NCBI RefSeq assembly: GCF_009914755.1
Contig: NC_060929.1
Strand: one strand, 5' to 3'
DNA: 64,000 nucleotides
Source of the DNA: the human T2T-CHM13v2.0 reference genome, Homo sapiens
Below, one piece after another: positions 46,950-58,000 of this stretch. The first letter of the stretch is position 1; every line of letters starts with the position of its first letter. The position numbers and the translations under genes are program-made. A model generated the notes under the pieces. That model was not told where the DNA came from, did no database searches, and saw only the letters and a list, made by a program, of their open reading frames with translations.

Positions 46950-48500
46950 CCCGCGGACGGCGGTGTGTCAGTGTGCACCGGGAGGCCTGGGCCTCAGTCC
47001 CTGGGCTCGTGCCTACGCAACAGCAGGACCGCCCGCGGCCTCCCAGGACCAGTGACCGTCACCCGCAGTAAGGATCGGGGCGGCTCCGCCAGTTTCGGCC
47101 CTCTTTCCAAGACCTCTTTCCAAGGCGCTCTTTCCTAGCCTCACCCGAGGGCCGCAGAGCCGGACCTGTGCCGGGCGAGTTGGATTTAGCCCAGTTAGAG
47201 TTAAGATGGTATCATTAGCTGCGCACAGCGTGACTTCCCGCTAATCCTCTCTGCAACTTACAACAAGTTTAAATGTCCATGCATGATGTTATTAACTGGC
47301 TTTAGTAAGTGCTTAAGACCCAGATCTCTTTTTAAAGTAATCTCTGAACAAGTTCTACTGTATCCACCCAACAAGGAGATTAATATTTCCAGCAAATCTG
47401 ATGATGGGGTAAGATGTGCCCTGAGCTCCTATGGGCAATGGGGGTAGAAGTGGGAGTTGCCCCAGGGAAGGGCCCAGAGTGGCAAGCGCTCACCAACGCC
47501 GGCCACCGAGCAAAACTTCCCCGCCCCCGCCCCCCACCCAGCTTCCCCGCAGGGAGACCCTTTCCGTTAGCAGCTTTTCACTAAGTTAATAACGGTGTGT
47601 GTGTGGTGGTGGCGGGGAGGGGGGATTTGGGGGTTACACAATATCTATATCAATGATATTGATCACGTCCAGGGAAGAAGCCTGGGCAAAACTAGAGACA
47701 CCGAGTGTCAGCAAAAGAAAGCTTCTTAACCACAAGTTGCGTGCCGCCTGAGGAAGGTGCCCTGTGGCAGGGGGTGGCCGCTGGGAGATGCCTGCCTCTA
47801 ACCGACGTCCAGGCGTGACTAAACCTCGACGCCACCCCCATTCACAAGCTCAACTCAGGGATTCCCAAGCAACCGCAGACCGGAGGTGGCGCAGAGGCAG
47901 TGACCGAGGTCGCTGATTAGGGGCCGAGAGGCTGGCAAATAATAATTTAAAAAAAAAAAAAAACCGGAATAGCCTTCGCGGACGCAGCTCAGCGTGCCAG
48001 GCAAAGGACAGTCTGACGACCCGCCCCTGCCGAGCCCCGCAGCGCGGCGCCGGTGTCCAGCAGCCTCCAAGGCGCCGAGCGCGGGCACGGGAACTTGAGC
48101 TAGCGCAAACTTGGGCGGCCTCCCAGCCTGCTACCCGGGCCGCAGCGCGCCCCCGGCCTCCCAGTCGCGCGCCAACCCGGGAGCGCGCGCGCCGGCGCAC
48201 CAGCTCCATCAGCTAGAGGAGCCCGTCTCCCGGGAAACACCAATCAGACGCCCGCTTTCAGGCGAGGGCCGCGAGCCGCAGCAGCTGCAGGAGGACTCGG
48301 GCAGTTGGCGGTCACCGGGAGGCGTCGTCCTGCCCCGCGGCGGGCCAGCCGCCTTCGCTGCTGCCACTGCCTAGCCTAACCGCATCTGCAGCCAGTCACA
48401 GAGTCGGCTGTCTCCTCTTTGCACCGCCCACGCCAAGTACCTTGCAAGGCGGCTGCTAAGCCTGGCTAATTTTAGATCTCCAGAATGCGCTATGCCCGCG
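46950..48500. promoter_or_regulatory. CpG island (GC-rich core ~47750-48450)
   Basis: Dense CpG, GC boxes, CCAATCA at ~48240; non-repetitive. Confidence 0.85.
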
Positions 48501-51500
48501 CTCAACTAAAACCAAGTCAAACCATCAAGCACAGTGATGTGCTGCTTTTTGAACAAATATGGCTCAAAACTCCGTATTTCCCTGAATAAAGTCGATTATC
48601 TGCACTTTTTAAAAGCCCTACCCCCTGTGGTCTGGCAGTTGGCTGAAAAGCGGAAAGCCACACGCTCCCACCTCAAACATGGTCATCACCTTTCTAAGGA
48701 AGTGCACTAACTCTCGCAGCCCTGATTGAGGGCAGATAAATATTCCTTAATATCAATCACAACTATATACTTTCCATTTCCATTCACCATCTTAGAATTA
48801 ATTCCACAAATAAGTCGAACAGTTCCCAGAAGGGGTGAAATGGGTTCTCTGAGCAAACAGGAATAGAGGGTTCTGCTGATTTCTGTACTAGGTTGTTTAA
48901 GTTGTGTTAAGAACCGATGAGCAAAGAAACAGGGTTAACAAAGCCATCCATTAAAATCCAGAGACACTGAAGAACTGCCTTACATGTCCCAATTGCTGTA
49001 GGACCTGTTTAACTATCTCGAAGTAGTCATGTTAAAACAATCGACCCAGCATTATAGATATCTTTTTTACTCAATAACTGATTCTAATTAGTTCTTAGTC
49101 TTAAAGAACACCTTGTCCTGTGTTGCCCATCTCACCACTGCCACCCCCAGTTCCCACTAAATGCAACATATTATGGTGTGTTTTACTTAACTGTAGCACA
49201 TTAGGGAGGAAAGGGTATCAATTTTCTGAAACCACAGTGACATTTCCAGATGTATAGATTCATAGGAAAAAAATAGATACATAGACAGTTACATACTGTC
49301 ATTCATTTTCTAGCCACATTGGAAAATAAAGCCTTTGGTTTCATCTCTCCATTTTTGAAAAGTCAAAATTCCTAAAATGCTAAAATATCTTAAAATATTT
49401 ATATGTATCCATCTATATGGCTTCCTTATAATTTAAATGGTTTCTTAATTTTCATCAGGCTACACAAAAATCAAATTAGAATTTTATATTTTTCCAAATA
49501 AGAAAATTATTTTAATTTTAAAAATAAACACAAAGAACTCTTGTGGTGGAAAATTTACTGTTCAAGGTGACCTAAAGAACAGTCACTTTGGAAAATATTC
49601 CATTTTGAATGTAAATAATGCATGTCTCATTATTATGCATAATAGCAACTTCATTAAGGGATTGATACTAGTGAAAATACCCATTCACATTCAGCAAGGA
49701 CACTGAAGAAGTCTTCCTGAATCTTTTTTTTAACCTTTATCCAATTTTCATTTTTGTTGTTGTTTTGTATTTTTTGTATGACTATGTTTATCCTATATCC
49801 TTTATTATTTGATTAGTGAGTGACTTTTCAATGTTAATTTTCTGGTATAACAAAGTAGGGTAAAGAAAATAAATGGGTTCTATCTTTATATTTACTTTTA
49901 CAGGTATCATTTTATCACCCTATTTCTAAGTATTTCATGAAAAGATTCTAGATGTCAAAACCTGCAGTTAACGTTCCTGTTTAGAAATACGCAAAATAAT
50001 ACCTTTGACGTTGGCAACTCAGATGTATTATTCAGCAAAACAGCAATTACTCATTGTTTTGCACTTACATGTTAAGAACTATGAGACACTTGGTGACACA
50101 ATAACAAAATTGCAAAGTCAATTACATTTAAAATAGACATCCTAGTAAAACATACACAACCAACTCCATTTACTTTTTTTGAACTGTTTTGTTTCCTTTT
50201 TCTGACTGTTTACAGTCAAATAGATTTCGTGAATGTTAAACCGAAGGATAACTGATTTACACACATCATGAGGGGGAAAAAGTTAGAAAGTAGGGGGAGG
50301 GGCATAACATAAAAAGGAAGTGTATTCCTGGGCACGCCAGAATCCGCCTAGGGAGGTGCCAGAATATTCTTAAATATTTTGGGAAATGATGTTCTTTTGC
50401 AATGTCAATCACAGTGGCAAACTTTGAAAGAGCAGTGTGCCATAATTTAAAGCAAAATTTAAGCTAGATTCACACTAACAATTCTATGCAGGACTAAAGT
50501 AGTAAAACCCACATAGAGTCCATTTATATTTAAGAATAGAGAACTTCAGGTGGGGCTAGGTGTTTGTTTTATGGTATTTTAATTGCAGAAGCAGAATTTT
50601 TGTAATTTGAACTCGCCAGTACTGAATTCCACCTCTCATCCCAGCCTGAAGCCTGAATTGAAGTTCCCATCAGAAAATTAAAATGTTTGTCTGGATAAAA
50701 TAACTTCTAAATGAACTATTTCTTTTCGTTTCTTTTTGTATTTTCTGCAATGTAGCCCCTCGCAATGATATTAGTTCTAGTGTGGGAAAATATTATAATT
50801 GAGATTTGGTAAGTTATTTGCAGACTTTTCTTTACAGTTTTTCTTTACACTGTGCTGACATTTAGTACAGCCCTGGTGAGGAAAACAATACTACCATTCA
50901 TAGCTCTAGACGTAGATTTCAATCGACTTAAGCGGGCACAATGAAACTTGGTCATTCACTGGTTACCCATATTGTGTTCTCAAATTTTCTCTCAGCAAAA
51001 GTATAATGACTCAGTATTGTATGGTTGCATAGACAAGGGCTCGGAACAAGAGACACTAGTTTTGTCTGACGGTGTGAGAAAGTCGTGAAGGGATCTTTTC
51101 TTCCAGATGGTGTTAAATTCAGCTGCCTTTTTAACATTGGCCTTGCACAGCAATCTGCTGCTCCCCTTTCACAAAGACTGCACTTGGTTCCCACTAGTTA
51201 ACATGCATACTCACGCAACCTGCAACTTCACTCCAACTGTTTTACAATGCAGTGGTATGCTAAATAAACTTGATCCGGTTTCTGCCAATGTTAAAACTAG
51301 GTTTCAAAGAACTACTTAACTGATATTTACACTTCTTTTGACTTAAATGTACATGCCTTTGGAATATTACGGGTTTCAAAGAAATATCACCTTATTATAA
51401 GGTCAATGTACAGATTATTTCCAACACCCTTCAAACCTATGCTCAGATACAGTACCTCTCTTCAACACACACAAATAAAACAAAATGTCAGAAGTTTGAT

Positions 51501-51549
51501 GTGTAATAGAAAAAAGAAAAATTGGGACATGTTGCACCAAGGGCAGTGG

Positions 51550-51598
51550 AACAGCAAAAAATAAAATGAAAATAATAACATTGAAATGTATTTTTATT
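51550..51598 (-). terminator. Poly(A) signal of the MIR9-2 host transcript
   Basis: AATAAA on the minus strand at 51598-51593, followed by a U/GU-rich element (UGUUAUUAUUUUCAUUUUAUUUUUUGCUGUU), with upstream UGUA motifs. Cleavage predicted at ~51570-51583. Confidence 0.7.
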
Positions 51599-52370
51599 GA
51601 TCGATAAGTTATGTAACATTAGTATGATACAAAGCAAGTTTGATATGACAATGGCAAACACATAATTATAATATTGTTTATTTTCCTTAGATGTTATATT
51701 TAACATATTTACATAAAAGACCAAGATGTAGGCAAAAGCTTCAGTAATTTGACTTCATTGAGTGCTTTCAGTAAACAATAGGTTTCTCCAGCAAACATCT
51801 TATTGCCTTAATTGAACCTCCTTGAAAAAGAAAACCACACACTTTGTAATGTAAATGTTAATTGTAGTAGACAATGGTTCTAGGTAAATAGCACCCCTGG
51901 ACATGAAGTAAATGAAAGGAATACAGGCACTTAACAATGAAAGGTTGTTTGCACAAACAGTGCTTCAAATGTAAATAAACAAGGGTCTTCTCAACGGTCA
52001 CTACAGTAGTAAAACTCTGGCACGTGTACAGCAGCCAAATTGAGAATTTATGTATAAAGTCTCTCAGACTTTCTAACTGAAACTAACAGTGGTTTAACAG
52101 GCTTCTCCAGTCTGAAGTCATATAAGGAATTGAAGCTACAAAGGAAATTGTACTACTTTTAAAGAAAAATTGTATATTTGGGATTGTCAATAATCTAGGC
52201 CACGTGGAAGATAACAGGCTATTTTGGATATTTTCTAATTGCAATGGTTATATTTCTGTGTAAATGCCTATACAAATGTTTGCTTGGTGACATATGGAAA
52301 ACTTAAGGACTTTTATGAAAAGGCGACAATGGGGACCTCCAAAGCGCCAAAGTTTCTGCTAGGCATAGTG

Positions 52371-52380
52371 TTATTTTTAG
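52371..52380. promoter_or_regulatory. Consensus MEF2 site
   Basis: TTATTTTTAG (= CTAAAAATAA) fits YTA(A/T)4TAR. Confidence 0.4.
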
Positions 52381-53996
52381 ATTACATTAAAATGGCTATT
52401 TAGACCCATCTAGCTGAGACTATTCCAAAACAAACTTTTTATCATATTGTTATCATAATCAACTTTCTACAGGCTAATGACTTTATAGTTTTACTTCTAG
52501 TGTATATCTACTAGCACAATTAGACCAAGTTCCTAGATGTATCATGTTAAGAGGTAAAAAGCCTCATGAAATTATAATAACGACTGTTATATAGAGATAT
52601 GTATTTTATCTCTATACACATTTGCCCACCCAAAACAAAAGCAAAAATGTGGTCACAAGGCCATAATCTCATGGACTGAGATTTTGACATTAGGGGCAGG
52701 CAGTCATGGGACTTTCTTGGAATTGCTTTCTACTAGCTTGCCTTGAATTCTGAAAATCTCAAACAACGAAGAAAGCCAAACTTAATTATGGCCAGATTAA
52801 ACAGTGGTTAAAAAATTAACAGAAGCAGACTATGTAGCAGCTACAGACCAGTTGGTGCTGCCATTTGGGAAGCTGCAGATGGCTGTGGGTGGGAAATGCC
52901 TTTACTTTCTTAAGCGATGGAGATGAGTATGGTGTGTGCACTTGATGTTTTTTTCATACCCCCACCCCCCAACAGGGCTGTCTGTCATAGGCTGCCCGGC
53001 CCCGCTTTATCACTTGCCCCCGAGCGTGGGAATCGGAGCGTCCTGCCGTTCACATCTCCTGCATTCCGTTTAGCGGAATCAATTAGGCAAGACAGACCCT
53101 CAGATTCCCCACCCCCTTTCCATTTTTGTCAGGTCTATATACGTCCTAATTATTTCAGTTTGGGATGCCAGAGCTGTTTCCTGGATAGACCTGATCATCC
53201 TTAAACAAAAAGAGAGGAGGCGCACACGTGGGTTGTGGCGTAAATGTCACTTTCATTTCCAATGCTAGGCGCAGAGTAAGACAGAACATTTTTTTAACAC
53301 TTTGACAAGAGGGGAGGCGATCTCGTCTCCATCATGTCTTTCTGCTTCAGTAGCTTCCTCAAGGAAACCCTCTTGGAACAGAGAAGCATCTGTCCTTGTA
53401 TTTTGAATAGAAGAATAAAAATCAGCCCTTGCTTTTTTTTTTTTTTTTTTCATTTTGCCTGCTAGCTCTAAGTCCTCAGTAGATACAAATTATTAACCTT
53501 CCAGTATAAACTTTTCTGAAAGTCTAATTTCGTACAAATTGACATACAGCCCAAATACATGTAAAGTAATTTCCAAGCACAATCTTCAAATTTTGAGAGG
53601 GAGGTGCCTCCCAAAGGAACTGCCCAAGTCTACATATTATGGAATCATTTTTAAACTAGGTACCAGACATCTCTGCAACACCTTTCTAAGAAAAAAATCC
53701 CTGATATAACTTTTGCCTTAAAATAGAACAAACTGCACATGCATCTTTACTCATTATCACTATACACTTCTCCTTTGCAGCTGCAACAACCCCTCTCAAG
53801 ACATATCTGGAACCTTGATATTTTAGCATGTGTGTGTCATTTAATTTTCTCTCATCCCACCTTTAATCATAAGGAAAAAAACAAAACAAAAACAAAGTTA
53901 GATTCAATAAGTATTCCTGACCTTTCTGGTTTTTACTGTCTCTCGGCTGTAGTCTTTCATTCTCACACGCTCCCCGGCGATCTTGAAGGAGTTTTT

Positions 53997-54018
53997 ACTT
54001 TCGGTTATCTAGCTTTAT
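53997..54018 (-). ncRNA. MIR9-2: mature miR-9-3p
   Basis: AUAAAGCUAGAUAACCGAAAGU. Confidence 0.98.
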
Positions 54019-54032
54019 GAAGACCAATACAC

Positions 54033-54055
54033 TCATACAGCTAGATAACCAAAGA
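54033..54055 (-). ncRNA. MIR9-2: mature miR-9-5p
   Basis: UCUUUGGUUAUCUAGCUGUAUGA. Confidence 0.99.
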
Positions 54056-55026
54056 TAACAACTCGCTTCCCACACAGGCCTCTGTCTTCCTCTTGCCAGA
54101 CTCCAGGTCCTGATCCTTTCTGGCAGTACCGAAGAGTGGTCGTCCAGGATACTTGCCGCGCTTAAGATTCCTCCTTTTATGTAAATATGACCTGGTTTCT
54201 GTTTGTGTGTGTGCGCGGCTAAAACATCCAAACGAGATCTGTTGCCTTCAGAGTTTATTCCGAACTTTTCTTTTTCCTTTCAGCAAGTAATCTCCGGCAG
54301 CGTTAGCCAACAATTCATCTATTAATATCAGAAAATAAAACCAGCTATTAAGGTGCAGCAAGCTGTTACGAGTGAGCAGCAGCATCCGTCCCTTCACAGG
54401 CCTCTATTTGCATTGTAAATTGCTTCTTTCTCACGCAAGACTCTTTAGCCTCTCTCTATAGAGATGTATAAAGCCAACGGCAATTTCCAGCGCAGGTTAA
54501 GGAGGAAGGAAAAAAAAATCCCATTCTATAGAAGTGACAGCTGATTCAAGGATCTGTTCCTGATCCTTTTTGGTTAGGCACCATGAGCTTTTTACCAAGC
54601 GGTGGCAGCTTGATTGCACATATCTTGTGTGTATGTGTTTTAGGGGGAAGATCCTCGATTTCACAGGGCTTCTAGGCTGGGAAGGAGAAGATGCCGTCTT
54701 GCTGGCCTGCTGCTGCCCCCGGTCTGAAAGAAGGAGAAAAGGGCCATCATTGGAGGGGCTTTCACTGCCAAATTGTGGACCAGCCCGGCAAGGTCAAAGG
54801 TTCGAGACCGCGGGAGACCAAGGTAATGATGATGTCATGAGAAATCTCAAGTACATGGTTATTGATATGCATCAGTGATCAGCCAACTGCCCCACGCCTG
54901 CTGCCCGAGCAGCGGCAGCGACAGCAGCAGTAGCGGCAGCATTGCAACAATCCCTATTTTCTCAATCAACATCTCTTCCGCTAGCACTACCGACTGCTCC
55001 TGGAAAAGCAACCCGCGGCCTTTTAC

Positions 55027-55082
55027 CTCCTCCGTGCTAGTGTAGATCGTTCTAGTATCCAAAGACTGGAAGAAATCTCTCT
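55027..55082 (-). other. Candidate 56-nt internal exon
   Basis: Acceptor CTTTTATCTGTCCTTAG| and donor GAG|GTAAAA. Confidence 0.45.
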
Positions 55083-58000
55083 CTAAGGACAGATAAAAGC
55101 ATTTCAGATCTGGGGAACGTCTTTGCCTGCATTTTTCTTCTGGCAGATTGCATAGGCAGACAGATGGAAGGCACTTTGCTATTGCTTAAAGCAGGGCCTC
55201 GTTTTCTGGGGCTGGGAATCAGATCTGTATTACGCAGTGAGTCGATGTGTGATTACATTGACAATTTGCTCTGGTGGTGTGTTTTTAATGGCTTCACAGC
55301 TCAGTCATGTTTTGTATCTATGTACCATGGCGATAGGGCAGCATATTTTGTTCTGTAAGTTCGAACTGAATGCTCTAAGCAAGCGGACTTCATCGTGGTT
55401 TTTAAAAAATGACTACATATGTAGGGTGTGTGCGTTAGAATGCAGCACAGGTAAACCTTGCAGCAATAGTTTCTAATGCTGTACACAACTCTGCTGTAAT
55501 GAAAATCCTGAGCCTTTGTCTATTGTTTTAAACATCAATTTTCATACAAAAGGATAATGTAATAGTCTTGCTTCTGAAACTATGAAAAAAAACGTTGTTA
55601 CCTCGTGAAGAACACATATAAAACACCTGGATGTTAAGAGCATAACTCTGCCCTACCTTCCCCTTCTCCAACCCCCACCTTTCTTCTATCTAGAGGGGAA
55701 TGTTGTTTTATTAATTAATTAGCCTCATTCCTTTTCTTAGAACTTTTCAAAGTGTGAATATGATCACTTCAAAGAGTCCTTTTCTTCTTCTCTCTCCTTA
55801 GTAATGAGTAATCTATGTCTAACTCATCTATAATACATGCAGTTGTAATATTCAAATGTCCCTCAACAGAACATCTAAGATAGTCTACATTAAATTCATA
55901 TTTACCAAGGGTGAACCTTATGAACTGCTTTTCAAAATTTCAAGTTATGTTTGGTCATATTGCTATTCTTTAAAATATATGCTATTAGAGTAATCTTAAT
56001 ATTCATTGCACACATGACTACTTTATCACAATACTCTCAATTCTATAGATTATTTTCCCCAACAACTAAAACACTTTTGGAATTAACATACACTCTTTCA
56101 TTAATTCAGTGACTTATTCATTTATGACATGAATGTGAACATGCTTACTGAATTATATACAGAGCACATATATGTAAACCCTATAAAAAAGACTAGCAAG
56201 AAAATCAGAATAGTTAGGAAAAGCTTATAATCAAGAGTTTAAACTACAATATTACACCAATTAAAGATATGATTTAGTAACATAGATGCCAACTTTTCCC
56301 TAGATTTTTTATTTATTTACTTTTTTTGGTGAACATTCCAGTACTGATTATTTAGAAAAGACTAAGCTGTTGAAATTGTTCATCTATTTTTCTTACCAAA
56401 TTATGGTACAAGAGGTACAATCAGAAATGGCTGCATTGGGTTATACATAAAATGCACAAGCAAACCAAAAACTAACTCAGAGAAACACACCTCCATGAAG
56501 TTACTGTTCCTTCTCGAACTAGCTGGTCACAACATACACTACTAAATAAAAATGTAACACATCACTGAGGCACATTCCACCTTAGACATTACATAAAACA
56601 CTAATGAGCTCTGCCGCCTTGGAAGAGTGAGAGTATTGTGGCCTTGCTTTCCAAGACACAGATGCAGAATCATTAGTGATTTGGCATGTATTACATAAAG
56701 CAAGCATGTGGTCAGATGACAGGTATTTTTAGAATATCTTTTTGCTTTATATATACTTGGGTGGGGGCTGGTGGAAGCAAAGAGATGTCATGCATTTGTC
56801 TGTGCATGTTTATCACCCCCATATCTGTGTGAATTTGCAAAGTAACATGGCTATATTTCCACACTTAGCAACTAAATGCATTTTTAGAACCAAAGTATCC
56901 ATCATGAAAGCCAAGACACTGAACATTTGAGATGCTTTTACAATTAAAAGCTATAGAAGATACTGTCTTAAAACAGCATCTTCTAGGGCAATGCCACATA
57001 GTCATATCAACTGGACTCCGGGCCTGGTCCCCATGTCTGGCATATATAACATAGACTCATCATGGGAGTCCCAATAAGTGAAAGGAACCAACATTAGGAT
57101 TATGAGCAGTCTGTTCATTAGCCAGATAGCCAACTAAATATTTTACTCTCCACCATCTCTCAGGATATGCAGAAATAAAAACTACACAGTAAGGCTTAAC
57201 ACAGAGCATCTGATTATTTTGAATATTGCCAAGGTTTATATGATGGTTTATACATATTTCAAAGACTGTATTATTATATAGGATGTGAGACAAGTTGAAA
57301 CAATTGTGTAGCCCTAAAGATTCCTAGCAATGTCTGTCACATATTAAGAGCAACTATTAACACCTACATGTTATATCAGATATTTTTGCTTTCAAATAGC
57401 TATTAAGCTGAGCAGAATACCAGTTTTGAAATCTGCATTCTGAAGGATATACTGAATTTAAATGGTTTGCCTGCTCATTCACTAATAAATTCCCATTAAT
57501 GGCCAGTAGATTAGGACGTGATTGTCATGCTTGTTTTCTAATCTTTTTATAGATCTCCAGATGGCTGAAACATGAATTGAAACATTCTGGTTTACCTGGG
57601 AGTAGACAATCTCTATTTCAGTTAAAAGTGAAAAGTTACGTTTTCCACATTATTTGGATCAGAATTATGCTATTTCATAAATTCAAATACATTAGGTTTG
57701 TCACCATATTTAGAACACCTCTGAATCCTATTCAGATTACTGCAAAGCACATGAAGAACTGGCCTATCACTGAAATCCCCTTTTAATATTTGGTTTGTAT
57801 GATTCAAATGCATGTAAACCACAGTGCACTAGTACAGTCAAGACTACCATTTTCTACATAAAAGCCATTTAATTTACAGTGATTTGTATAGTTCAGGCAA
57901 GGTACCTGACTGGCTTACTTTCTAACAAAAGTATTCTATTATTTACTCTGTATCTTGAATTTCTTTTTTATAGGCAGTTACAGGTTATATTTGTATTATG

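Larger units (their letters stand above)
53984..54070 (-). ncRNA. MIR9-2: pre-miR-9-2 hairpin
   Basis: Reverse complement reads GGAAGCGAGTTGTTA-TCTTTGGTTATCTAGCTGTATGA-GTGTATTGGTCTTC-ATAAAGCTAGATAACCGAAAGT-AAAAACTCCTTCA. Loop and flanks match the -2 paralogue as recalled. Apical GUGU and CNNC (CGCC at +18, 53979-53976) processing motifs present. Confidence 0.99.
51576..54723 (-). ncRNA. LINC00461: Predicted ~3.1-kb terminal exon containing the miRNA hairpin
   Basis: Strong acceptor CCCTTTTCTCCTTCTTTCAG|ACC (AG at 54725-54724), running to the poly(A) signal. Confidence 0.65.

Noticed and set aside
47850-48374. ORFs of 77-119 aa in the downstream CpG island
   Set aside because: Low-complexity Arg/Ala/Pro-rich products of stop-poor GC-rich DNA.
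53739-54231. ORFs overlapping the miRNA hairpin (possible miPEP)
   Set aside because: The 93-aa ORF is on the non-host strand; the 78-aa minus ORF has a non-ATG start and no supporting features.
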